NCBI GenBank assembly: GCA_022813865.1
Contig: JALDZX010000063.1
Location: 62,001-115,104, forward strand
Direction: 5' to 3'
Origin: Xylographa opegraphella
Lineage: Eukaryota
Length of the DNA: 53,104 nucleotides
In this document: positions 37,033-50,266 of the stretch, piece after piece
Numbering within the stretch: the first letter of the stretch is position 1
Layout of the letters: each line of letters opens with the position of its first letter
Made by a program: the position numbers and the translations under genes
The notes under the pieces: generated by a model
Databases searched by the model: none
What the model was told of the DNA's origin: nothing
What the model saw: only the letters and a program-made list of their open reading frames with translations

Positions 37033-37123
37033 GCCCGCAAGATATGTATCATACAAGTGCCCCTCCTCCCTTCCCTTCCCTTCCCTGCCCTGCCCTCCGC
37101 TCCGCTCCGCTACAAGCACGCGT

Positions 37124-38736
37124 CTAATCCCGCCACGTGACGGTCTTGGAGCGCAAAAACTCCTCAAAGCCCGCCGCAGCATTGAACCTCCCAAAGCCAC
37201 TGCGCTTGACGCCGCCATGTGGCAGATTAGGTTCGTCGTGGATAGTCATGCTGTTGATGTGCACGGCGCCGCTCTCGACGCGCCGCGCAACGCTCAAGCC
37301 GCGACGCAGGTCCTCGGTGAAGACGGCGCACGTGAGGCCGTACTCAGTGTCGTTGGCAAGGGCGACGGCGGCTTCATCGCTGTCGACGGCGAAGAGCGAG
37401 ACGGTAGGGCCGAAGGACTCGGTGCGGTAGATGTCCATGGCCGGGGAGACGTGCGAGACGACGATGGGGCGCATGCGTGTGTTGGAGTCGGAGGGAGAGT
37501 CGTCGAGGGAGCCGACGGTGAGCTGGGCGCCTTTGGAGAGGGCGTCGCTGACGAGGGCGCGGTTCTTCTGCACGCCGGCGGGGGAGACGAGCACGGGGGC
37601 GGGCCCGGAGGCGGGGAAGATGGTGGAGATGGCGGTGGAGAGATGGGTGGAGAAGGCGGTGACGACGGAGGAGTGGACGATGATGCGCTCCGTGGCCATG
37701 CACACTTGGCCGCTCTGAAGGAAGAAGTCGGTATTAGTGGCTGGGGAGGGTGAACCGGAAGAGTGGAAGAGGGAAATCTTACGTGGAAGAAGGCGCCGAG
37801 AGCGCATTGGGTGGCTGCTTTCTCCAGGTCGGCGTCCGCGAGCACGATGGCGCTGGCTTTGCCGCCGAGCTCCATCAGCACTGGCTTGAGCGCCTTGCCG
37901 GCAGTGGCGGCGATGATGCCGCCGACGTGGGTGCTGCCGGTGAAGTTGATCTTCTTAACGGCCGGGTGTTCGATCAGCAGGGTAGTGATGGCCGGGGCGT
38001 CCTGGGGGCGGTGTGCGAGCACGTTGAGACAGCCGGCTGGGAGGCCGGCCTCTTGGAAGACGGAGCCAATGGCCCAGTAGCAGCGCGGGGAGAACTCGGG
38101 TGCTTTGAGGATAGCGGTGTTGCCAGTTGCGAGGGCGTAGGCCACGGCGCGGAAGCCGAGGATGTAGGGTGCGTTCCTGCACGGGATGTGTCAGCAATGC
38201 CGCTGGAGCGGAGTGCTATTGAGAGAAGGGGGAATATACCAGGGTGCTATGCCCAGTACCACACCGTATGGCTCTTTGTACACAATGGCGTTTGTACCTT
38301 CCTCCCCACACACCGGCAGGCTGCCAGAAATAGTGACGATCCTGCCCGCAATATCCTTGAGCATCTCCACGCTCGTGGGGATGTTGAAGCCCGTGGCGAA
38401 GGCCGCCTGAGAGCCCGTCTCGGTCATCATATACCCCCCGAGCTCTTCCGACCGGCTCTGCAGGATCTCGGCGGCCTTCAGCATGATATCCCGCCGCTTG
38501 GATGGTTTGGTCTGGGACCACGCCGGGAAGGCGGCCTGGGCGGCTTCGATGGCGTTGATGGCATCTTCTTTGGAGGCGGAGGCGGACTTCCAGATCACCT
38601 TGCCAGTGGATGGGTCCACAACGTCAAAAGTTGTGCTCGTCTCGACTTCTTTGCCGTTGATCTGGAGGGGGATGATTTGGTGGGTGGAGCCATTTGCTCC
38701 GTCATGGCTGGTCCCATTGGTTCCGTTTGTCGACAT
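37124..38736 (-). CDS. NAD(P)-dependent aldehyde dehydrogenase, salicylaldehyde/vanillin dehydrogenase-like
   Basis: KEPYGVVLGIAPWNAPY, INFTGSTHVG, LMELGGKA, catalytic SGQVCMATER, ESFGP, ANDTEYGL, PHGGVKRSGFGRF. Introns 38239-38177 and 37782-37715. Confidence 0.92.
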
Positions 38737-40500
38737 AGTGAGTGAGGTTGAGATTGAGAATCCGTCGAGAACTGTTGATGAGGTGGTCTCTTCGAACCTG
38801 GTATCGGTGCCTCGTACACAGCGAGCGGATGGTCGTAGTTGTTGTTGAGTCTTTCATGTTGCGTACGGTAGATAGTGTGTGAAGGCGGTCTCGAACGCGG
38901 GGCTGTGGAGCGAAGTAGGGCCGGTACTCGATCCGGCTGGGTTCGACGCTACGCTCATCGGTAAGTCCGCGTAGCTCCGAGAAAGGGATCTTGATGCTGG
39001 GGGTATGAATGGAAGGACGGGAGGACGAGGGAGGCAGAGAGAGAGAAAGAGATTAATTGCAGCCGTGCGATCTAATCAAGAAGAGATGGAGAGAGGATAG
39101 ATCGGTCGACTTTGGAGAACACTCTGCATGCATGAGCAGGGACAATTCTAATTCAACGACACGCGAATGATCCTTGATTGAGGCATGCCCATTCTGGAAT
39201 TAAATCATGTAGATAAGTAGCGATACGAGCCGTACTCACGCTTCAGCCGTCGCAAATGTTGCGATTCGGCTTTCGTTGTATGAACACAACATTGGCTGCC
39301 TCTGAATTCCTCGCTCTCATCGCTCAGTGTGTGCGGTGCGCACCGATGGCGCCGCATTGTTGGAATGTTGCAGTTCTGCGGGTCTACCACACTTGTTTTG
39401 TTTCTCCCTCGCCGGGCCTTTTACATAATACTGCCTACAGTGCCTGATCAGGAACACGGAGTATTATTGCGGTTTCCGACCTCGGTGCTTCCCCTACTCC
39501 TCATCAACATCGCCTGACCTGGCAGAGACTTCATGCTTTCGACCGTCACCCTCCAGACGCTTGGTGATCATCCCTCGGCCGGTGGGGGATGGTGACAGCG
39601 CAGCCGCCAAGCTTGTCATCATCACGAGGAAACAGACCAATCCCACGGCTGCGCGCTGATGGAGGTCCAAGCCGTATCACTCGTCGAACGAACCTTCATC
39701 CTCCGGCTGTAAGTGAATAAGGGCTGTCAGCAGTTGCGGGGTACTTGTAGTTGGGCCGGCGTGCACGCGCATTGGGAGTAGACCGGATAGCTGAGATCTC
39801 ACATCTCTGACGATCTCTCCATCATTTCGGCCTCCATGCTGTCATTGGAGAGGGGCGCGATGGATGCAAAACGGTCTGAGTACGAAGTAAGGCACTGTGG
39901 AGGGAGGGCCAGCGTGCACGTGCGTGGTCAGACAGGAGCACGAGTACAGTATATCCCCTGTTCTCCAGCAGTCGGAGTGACACGGTGTTACTCGTGATGC
40001 AGCAGGGAACAAAGACCTTACGGAAGGTTCCTGATGGAAGAACCTGGCTTCTTTCCCCAGCCTGCAGCAACTTTCTTCCATGCGTTCATTCATGGAAAAG
40101 TGCGAGTTCTTCCATTGCATCACAAGCTTTTCCTGCTCGACCCCGCAAAGGGCTGTCGCCGTCGATCAACTGCCGCATCGGGCCTGTGACAGGGATGAGG
40201 GCGTCAGCCACCGCGAAAAGCCTGCCGCCGGGAGCAGGGATGCGTGCATCGTCCTCGACCCTTGGCGCAAGATGTTGAAACGAATTCATCCAAAAGCCAG
40301 CCATCCAACGCTGAAGAGGCCCGCGCCCATTAGCCCAGCCGCAGCGTCATCCTCCGCCTAAGGTAAGGTATGTATCGCAACAGCCAGACCGCCTGACAAT
40401 CCGAATTCCCTACCTAGTCTGTTTCGCCCGTTGGTGGTGGCCAGCTCACGATGGTCCCACGCTTCGAGGCAGGACGTAGGGATGGGCGTCCAGTATATAA

Positions 40501-42210
<1,710 letters not shown>

Positions 42211-44900
42211 AATGTTTCAGTTGGTGCTACCCGATTCGCGACGATTACCCGCCTGTTCCTGACCCCCGCCCTACGACTGTGGACAAACCGCTTTTCGCAC
42301 TTCCATCGTTCTGCTACTATTTGCATCGCATCGCATCTCACGATTTACGAGCTCACGACCACAATCGCTATATACCCCGAGCCGCTGCGCTCTTGTATCT
42401 CGCCCGTCCTGTCACTCTTGGTGGCTGGGTATTTTCTTTCTTTCGATCGCTAAGTCACGTGCTATTATCTCTTGTACAGATTGTAAGGGTGTCACTTGTA
42501 CGATATTCGGACCTGTATACTTGTACAACATTTGTACGATACGATAAGCCATTTGGGGCTGTATATAGGATCATATACGTGTATACAATATATCTGTGCT
42601 TTCACACGGGCTCATCTAACGCTGCTCCATTCCTGCTATATATCTATATATGACTCGACACCGCTGGATTATGTATACTTCAGTCCCCTCGCACTCGTAC
42701 ACTGCCCAAATATCTAAAACCTACAGTGCTCTCGTTCCTATCCTCCTCGCCATGACTCCCCTTCGCTCAAAAGTCAGAAACGGAGCAGGACCAGGAGCAT
42801 ACGGAGCGTTGAACCATCCGACATGAGAGCCCGCCACCGTTAAGATGAACTCCCTGTTTCGAACGTGAGTTCGGTCGGCTATCTCTGCTGCTGCTATGAA
42901 CTCCACGACCTCATTTCACGGTGTTGTTGATTTGTATATCTCATGCTACTTTAAGCCAAGGCTGTCTGTATCTTCTCTCTTTGGTAGTTAGGGGCTGTTG
43001 ATGATACACCCAAACTCAATAGATGCCACGATGGATCAAGAAAGGAGTTGATACCGCTCCGCTCGCGCTACTGCACTTCGTCCGCTGAGCGGTTGTATTC
43101 GTCCCTCGATCGGAAGAAAACTTCAACGGACGGCGAACCTCTGCACTGAGAGTCTCTATCACTACTCTATACGCACTACGCTCCGCGGGTGGGCGGTGGG
43201 ACCGAGCATCCGCACGGCACTCAACAGGGGAGGCGTGGCTCTGCGTCCACTACTAGTACAGTAGCGGAGGCGTGCGTGTATACGCTTCCACAGGCAGAGT
43301 GGCCAGTACCGAACGGAAAATCGGGATGTGGGAATGGCGTCTTCGGGCGTCTTATGCCCCGCGGGGATTGCAGCGAGCGGTTAGCGAAAGAGATGTTCAT
43401 GGTGTATGGGATGGGAGATGAGGGGAATGGGTTTGGGATTTTTGCGGTTGGGTTATGCGTGAGGGAGTTTTTGGCTTTATTTCCATCTCATCCCTCTCGC
43501 TCTACGGAGGTATCGGCTATGACTTTTGCTTTCCTGGGTGGGGCCTACTGGCTGGCTCTAGACTCAGCGTACCTTGCTATGCTTCGAGTTCCGCTTCGAG
43601 CAGATGAAGCACATATCGCGGCTCTTTGCTAATTCCTGTGCTTGCTGTTCTTTCCCCCTCTACCGTTTCACGCTTGGAGGTCCGTCGCCGTCTTCTTGGT
43701 TCCGTCAAAGTGGCGGGTTTTGTGCACTGGAGGACTGAGGGCATTTTTTGAAGCATGCTAAGGCTGATATATTATGGGGTTTGGGGAACAACCAAGCAGA
43801 GCTCACGGAGAGCTAGTGGTGAAAGGCGGCTTAGGATAGCCCGGATCACAAACAGCTTGAGGGCACTTCCAAAAATAACCGTGGCCGACCGGGACACCAG
43901 GATTATAGAACAATTACCAAGGAGAGACAAATGCGAGCTTGCGACGAGAGGCGGCTCAGGATAGCCCAGATACTCTGGATCTACGGTTCTTGTAGACTAC
44001 GAACGACGGGGATTCTGAAAGAGCCAGGTGTCCGAGTCCATCTCGGTGGGCGGTTGTACGATAGAACGGAACCACAAGAGCCTTCAATCTTCCGCTTGCA
44101 GCGCCTTGTGAACATTAGCTCGGTGGTGTGCAGCTACCTTGAGAGCCCGATTTTATGTGAAGGCTGGTATCGGGGAGTGGGGGTTATAACAGTGCCGAAA
44201 CTAACCATTCAGGTGCCAGCATGCAAAGAGAAGCTCAACCGGCTGTGTTGGTTGTGCAAGTCAGTATCAGATCTCAACAGACCAGGTCGAACGATTAAGA
44301 AGCGGAACCTGCTGGACCTTTCACGTCAAATGGATCCCCCACCGGATGGAGCTCAACCAAACGAAACAAGCCCGGCCATCATTACCGACGAGCAAATTCG
44401 CCTCGCGCCTATCACACGGCGGCTGCTGAGAAACAGCCTGTCCTTGGAGACCGGAGAAATCCACATGGCTTGCGGTGGGATAGCGATCCCAGCTGTCAAG
44501 GGACGTCGTACACCTACCATACAAGGACCGGCGAGATGCTGCCGCTGACACCGACAGCCCCGGGGCGTATTGCACTTAGGCCAAGCATAACAATATGACG
44601 GAAAATTGTGATACAAACTTCTAGATCGTATTCTCCCACGACGAAGTGGCCCGGAGTACAGCTGTGACGATGTCGCAAGAGGCGCCTCTCTCATGCTTAC
44701 GCAAGCACAACGCATTCAACAACTGGAGACTTCGCTCGCGCAAGCAATGGGCGCAATCACTCTATGCGAAGACAACGCTGCTCTCATGGAATGGCGTTGA
44801 GGAACTACTGAGGGGCTTGAGGCCCCATGGCCTGAAAGGACTTGGGTGGGGATATGTGGTGCTCCGTTTTCTTCTTTCCTTACAAGTGTAGCTACTTGTT

Positions 44901-44950
44901 AGAGGAGAGGGGGCTGTGAGGGCTATAGGCCTTATAGCCCCTTCTCCTCT
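44901..44950. repeat. 21-bp imperfect inverted repeat (hairpin) in TpA-rich degenerate sequence
   Basis: AGAGGAGAGGGGGCTGTGAGG-N8-CCTTATAGCCCCTTCTCCTCT, with three mismatches that are all G:T. Confidence 0.8.
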
Positions 44951-45717
44951 TGTACTAGCAGGCGTGCGGGCATATAGATACCTAGGGCCTTCAGACCCCG
45001 TAGTCCCGATTCTTCCTTCAGAAGCAGCAATAGAACTGCTTGCCCCCCCCAATCGGGCCCTGTATATAGCACTAGGAGCCTGTGACACTCAGTGAGGGAG
45101 GTGCGCGGGATGTACTGCAAGGGGTGGGGAGGGCGTGGGAGGGGGCGCCGGGGTACCGTGGGGTGGGAGACCGTGGGGCGGAAAGGGAAGGGTTATGGAT
45201 GAGTTTCCAAGAGCTGGGCGGAAAATATACGTGGAGGGCCTTGTTCGGGACGAACGGGTGGGAGAGCTTGTGGGAAAGCGTGTGTGGAGAGAGCCTTTGG
45301 GGGTTGGGTTGGGTTGGGAGGGGTTAAAAAAGTCGGAGGATTCGGTGGCTATGGATGCCCATGTCGGATTGAAGTTTCAGCCGTTAGGAAAGGGGGTCGA
45401 ACAAGGCAAGGGGAGGTCGGGATCCGGGGGCCTTTGGGCCATCTCGGTAAGAGCGGGATGTTGATGAATGGCTGTCAGTCGAGCGTTGACGTCCGCATTG
45501 TGCCTGGGAAGCTGGCAATATTGAATTGCCACAGCCCAATAGGAACATGGAAGTAATAGAAAGGAAAACGGTACTTGAACTTCTCCAAACCGCGATCGAC
45601 CCTGAACGCATCAAACATAACCCCCCCTCTTTTCAGGCCCCCCTCCCAATCCCGACTTCCCTCTCGCATGTTGCTTTCCTCGACCCGACCATTCAGCCCG
45701 GCCTCGAGCCTGGTTTC

Positions 45718-47106
45718 TCAATGGATGAAGCTATGGATAAAGCCCCCCACACCGGCCGTCAACCCCAACAGCCCCAGACACGTCAACGCCCCGAAACAGC
45801 CCGGGTTGTCGCGCACACACTCATCGCACGCCCGTCCATGCGTCACATACGCGCTCCACAGCCTCTTCACGCACTCTGCCACGTTTTCATCGTCCGCCCA
45901 ATGGAGGCGACGGTCCGGCGAGTCTGTCTCCACAGGGGGGACACGGGTCATTAGCTGCCCGATCTGAGCCTCTACGTTGCCGACCTGCTGGATGACGATG
46001 CGTTGCAGATCGTGATAGCTTTCGGCGGCAACCAGGTTAGCCGCTGAGGCAGCATGGTGCATCCTGCGGCTGTCGCGCAATTGGGTTAGCGTAGGCATAT
46101 CTCTTAATGCGCCTGGGTCACTCTGAGCAGGCTGCAGATCACTTTGTTCAGGTATAGGTTGTGGCCTGGAACTGCCTCTATGAAATGGACGCAACGCTGT
46201 TTGTTGAACCGGAGCTTGTAACGGATGGGGTATCGTCCCGGGTTGTTCTGGCATCTGTGCTTCAGGTGGTTGTTGAGGTTGTAATTCAGGTACTGATTGG
46301 GGTTGTGAAGATCCTGGTGGTTCTGGCGTTTGTGCTTCAGGTGGATGTTGGGGTTGTATTTCAGACACTGGTTGGGGTCGTGAAGAACCTGGCGGTGAGT
46401 CTGGCGGCAGTGGCGAACCTGGCGAGAATGGTGAACCTGGCGAGAATGGTGAACCTGGCGAGAATGGTGAACCTGGCGAGAATGGTGAACCTGGTGATAA
46501 TGGTGAACCTGGTGGAGATCCTTGACTTGGTGATGATTCTGAACCTGGTACTGAAGGTTGTGGCACATGAACAGGAGGAGGGGCTTGCGCCTGTGCCTCG
46601 TCCGGTTGTGGGATTGATTCCTCAAAATGGTAATCCGGTCTGTTTGGAGATCCAGTTACCCAAATATGATACCAGACTGGACTGCCTGACACCAATCGGT
46701 TGACTTCGCGTTCGCCAGCCAGCTTCTTTTGGCCAGTACATTGACGATTGATTGCTATGATATCGTTTTGAATTTGTCGCAATGTCATGCTTTCGAGCCG
46801 CAATTTCACTCTCATCGAATGTTTGAAAAGCACCATGACCGCGCACGTGCCTTGAGTCCTAGTCCACAATGGCCCTTCGTGTGTAACAAGCCATTCTTCT
46901 TTGGCTCCGGCATTCGCACCGAACAGCTGTGAACAAGCTTGAGATAATGTGGGAATATTCACGGGCTGCTCTCCTGTGCACGATATATATTCGTCGCGCT
47001 TGAAGACATGCTTAATTTGTTTCTCAACGTCCAAGCGGAGACCGGCTGCGAATGCTCGATGAATACAATATACAAGAAGGAGAGACTGCTTGAGTAATAA
47101 GATCAT
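45718..47106 (-). CDS. Orphan secreted protein: signal peptide, Kex2 site, 4-Cys domain, Pro/Ser/Gln tandem repeats, C-terminal hydrophobic segment
   Basis: Intronless 462-aa ORF. Hydrophobic N-terminus ending AFA, VFKR|DEYISC, in-frame 18-bp and 75-bp repeats, and C-terminal GCFGALTCLGLLGLTAGVGGFIHSFIH. Confidence 0.75.
   Translation of the reverse strand: MILLLKQSLLLVYCIHRAFAAGLRLDVEKQIKHVFKRDEYISCTGEQPVNIPTLSQACSQLFGANAGAKEEWLVTHEGPLWTRTQGTCAVMVLFKHSMRVKLRLESMTLRQIQNDIIAINRQCTGQKKLAGEREVNRLVSGSPVWYHIWVTGSPNRPDYHFEESIPQPDEAQAQAPPPVHVPQPSVPGSESSPSQGSPPGSPLSPGSPFSPGSPFSPGSPFSPGSPFSPGSPLPPDSPPGSSRPQPVSEIQPQHPPEAQTPEPPGSSQPQSVPELQPQQPPEAQMPEQPGTIPHPLQAPVQQTALRPFHRGSSRPQPIPEQSDLQPAQSDPGALRDMPTLTQLRDSRRMHHAASAANLVAAESYHDLQRIVIQQVGNVEAQIGQLMTRVPPVETDSPDRRLHWADDENVAECVKRLWSAYVTHGRACDECVRDNPGCFGALTCLGLLGLTAGVGGFIHSFIH
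46246..46395. repeat. Two diverged 75-bp tandem copies (25-aa PPGSSxPQxVxExQPQxPPEAQxPE)
   Basis: Units 46246-46320 and 46321-46395 align without gaps. Confidence 0.85.
46397..46558. repeat. 18-bp coding minisatellite (gaacctggcgagaatggt; PGSPFS on the minus strand)
   Basis: Four perfect units at 46415-46486, flanked by about 5 degenerate units. Confidence 0.95.
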
Positions 47107-48834
47107 TTCAACGAATGTAGAAGGCCAAGATTAAAGATGCGTTATTCCTGTGTCTGTCCTTATATATGATTCTTCGATTGACTTTCGGGATGTTCGGCCT
47201 TTCGACTCTGAGACTCCTTCTGATACATCATTGTCATAAAAACTCGAATTCAGCTGAGCGATGAAACGAATTAGACAGAATGTAAGTCGGGAGAACGTGT
47301 GAAACGACAATCGAATCCCGCGCATATCGTCTAGTGAGCCTCCACGGTGCGAACCCTCGACTGGCCTTAGCCTTGCAATAGAAGCGACGCAATTGTTCTT
47401 CAGCGTGGGGAACGAGGCGACAACGACTAGCACAACCACCGAACAGGGCAAAGCTATCCTATGTCACGCGTGGCTATAGTCCAGAAATATGTCGTGTACA
47501 GATGCGGCACGACTGCCATACGGGGAAAAGATTCGTGGAGCAGGTCGCACGTGCAACGGGCCAGTGAGATTGCGGTAGTTCAAGGCATTCATTCAACCAC
47601 AAGCATTCCTTGATGGGGGTTATCTTCCGGAGCACCTCCCGTGGTGTTCGCGCCATCCTTGCGCAGATCCTGGGGTCTCGCGGAGCAATTATGACATTCT
47701 CAGATTCCCGAGAAGTGGAGAAGAGGACAAGCAAGAAGGCCAGAAGTGGCGCGAGTAATGCTGCGATTATCGGCGTGGCATGTACCCCCGAGTTTGTTTT
47801 GTTTCGTATGAGATGGGGTGGCTGAGGGTTTTATTCATTCTGATGACAATCCACTCCCACGTCTGGAGGATGTATATCGTGGGCTATACAGCACCAATGG
47901 GATTGGAGTGCGGGTCATTTCGTCTCGAGTAACAAACTGGTACTACATCGTCGCTGCTGTAGGTGCAGAAGAATGAGCACTTGTGGCTGTAGCGATTTCG
48001 AGCACAGGCTTCCGGCATATGGGATCCATATCGAATGGGATATCCTAAGGTAATTCGAAATGGTAGCCGGATCCTTGCCCGGGGTGAGACAAGAAAGGTA
48101 TTCGATTTCAACATCGGATTCTCATTCCGCCTCTCCGGCCTGAAGGAAGCTACCTAACTTGGGCGCTCTATATCGTATCTGGTCTAGTGCGGTAATTCGG
48201 GTGAACTATCACCCGGCCGCCCACTTCTTCACTTGCAACTTCTGCTTCATCCATCAGACGTCGGAGAAGAATAGAAGCAATCTCGTCTACTCGCGCTGTT
48301 GTGGGCCTATCACGCAGTCGTCGGTCGTTCTCGACCTGTACCTGCTGACTCCAACACACAGCCGCTCGTGGATTACTCTCGAAGCCATGCTCCATGCCAG
48401 CGAATGAATTGGTAGTATAAGCGATTGGTGGAACCAGCAAACTTTGCAATTCACATTTCGAAGCTTTTCCTGGGCATGCGGTGCTTGAATCAAGGTTCAA
48501 TAGCGAGGATGAGCCCCACGTAGACATCTGTATGCTTGAAGATCTGTGCAGCGTAGGTCCTTCAGGCCTCTTGGAAGAACATCCATCTTGCATGTTGCTG
48601 TCATATCCTGGAAAAGTGGTCACCATATATTTTGCAGAAATCAGGGATACCGACAAACTCTATGTCCAAAGTCTTGACTCGTTGTTCATTAAAACTGAGT
48701 CGTCCTATTCGCTTGCTGGTTCGCACCTCACACAAACCTTGTAAACTGAGAGTTGGTTGTGAGGGTGCTCGCTCAGACGCGGAATTTGCTCTACTTTGCG
48801 TAAACTCTTGTTCTACTGATAGCTTTCGTCTGGC

Positions 48835-50266
48835 ATGGCGACTACTCCATTTCAAGTTGCTATCGTAGGCTGTGGAATCAGCGGCTTGGCGGCTGCCATT
48901 GGGATCACCAACGCCGGCCACAAAGTGACAATATTCGAACGCGCTTCTAAGCTTGCTCAGGTATGTTGCAGGGCCGGAGGGGGATAGTCTTCAAGACCAT
49001 CCACAGCACTAACATTCGATGATCCCTGAAGGTAGGCGCCGGTATCCAAATTGCACCAAACACCACTGGAATACTCAAGCAATGGGGCCTCTTAGCTCAT
49101 ATTATCTCTCACTCAGTGGAACTTCAATATCTGCAGCTTCGATCTTATCGCGACGGAGCTGTCATCTCCGCAAGTCAAATCGATCCTCAGATGAAAACTG
49201 CATATGGGGTGCCCTACCTAGCCATTCATAGAGCGGACTTGGCTCAAGTCCTCTTGGAGAATGCAGAGATGCTTGGTGTTCGAACTCGTTTTGGAGCTCA
49301 AATCATCGAGGTTGACCCGTTGCGTCCATCAATAAAGCTGGCCGATGGCGAGCAGTTCAGTTGCGATTTTATACTTGGCGCCGACGGACTGCATTCGATG
49401 TGTCGTGAGCTCATACCTGGACAAGCGCAACAACCTTTCTTCCCAGGTGATATCGCGTTTCGCATCGTTCTCCCGATATCCGATCTCATTGAGTCTAAAG
49501 AGTTGATCGAACTGACACAAAGACCAGCCGTTCAAATCATCATGGGGCCAGGTGCCCATGTGGTCCTGTATCCCCTCAAGGGATGCGAATTATATAACAT
49601 AGTCTTCCTGTTAGCTGATGAGAAATTCCCCGAAGACATCCTTGCGAATAGGTATGATACGACGGCGGATAAGGATCGACTTGAATGGCTCAGGACTCGA
49701 TTCAGTACGTGGAGTGGAGCGATCCAGGCAATCTTGGCCACCGCAGCAGGAGCTACTGTGTGGCGTCTGGAGCATTGCCAGGAAGCCACGCAATGGACCC
49801 ACGAGGCAGGTAGACTTGCGCTGATTGGAGATGCTTGCCACGCAATTCTTCCCTACCTGTAAGAACTCCCATTATACACTTTTAGCTTGACATTGCACTG
49901 AAATTGACATCACTAAGAGGACAAGGTGCCGCCCTGGCCATCGAGGATGGTGCGTTCCTTGGAAGTCTGTTCGAGGATATCAGGGATCCACACGACATCA
50001 AAGGTGCCCTGCAGCTGTATGAGACAACTCGTAAGCCGCGTACGATAGTCGTCGCCCAGAAGAGTATAGAGAACAGGGAGATCTTTAATTTGAAAGATGG
50101 ACAAAACCAGCAGAAACGAGATGAGATGATGAAGCAGGGACCGCCGAGCCTGACAGAGTTTCAACAGTGGCTGTACGGTTACGATGCAATTGCAGAAGGC
50201 AGGTCGGCTGCCGAAAAATACAATCAAATTGAGCTTGGGGTCAATCTTAGACTCTCGGTGTGGTAG
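48835..50266 (+). CDS. FAD-dependent monooxygenase (salicylate hydroxylase-like, group A)
   Basis: VAIVGCGISGLAAA (GxGxxG), VGAGIQIAPN, IHRADL, ILGADGLHS, LIGDACHAILPYLGQGAALAIEDG. Exons 48835-48960, 49032-49858, 49918-50266. Confidence 0.92.

Noticed and set aside
35100..38850. Many long overlapping ORFs (390, 356, 331, 240 aa) around KAP120 and ALDH
   Set aside because: High GC depletes stop codons. The products are low-complexity antisense or off-frame shadows of recognisable genes.
43560..43640. Minus-strand DMCFICSK resembling a Gag zinc knuckle
   Set aside because: It lacks the H and final C spacing, has stops on both sides, and no protease, RT or LTR is nearby.
43931..44891. 205-aa and adjacent ORFs, with an intron-like segment at ~44167-44212
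   Set aside because: No recognisable domain and no coherent model. It may be a gene remnant, but I cannot support that.
46385..46522. Collagen-like (GEPGEN)n Gly-X-Y frame on the + strand
   Set aside because: It is a shadow of the Pro codons in the minus-strand PGSPFS repeat. The frame is bounded by stops (~46274 and 46523) and has no ATG.
46397..46558. CRISPR-like array
   Set aside because: The units are head-to-tail with no unique spacers, lie inside a eukaryotic CDS, and no cas genes are present.
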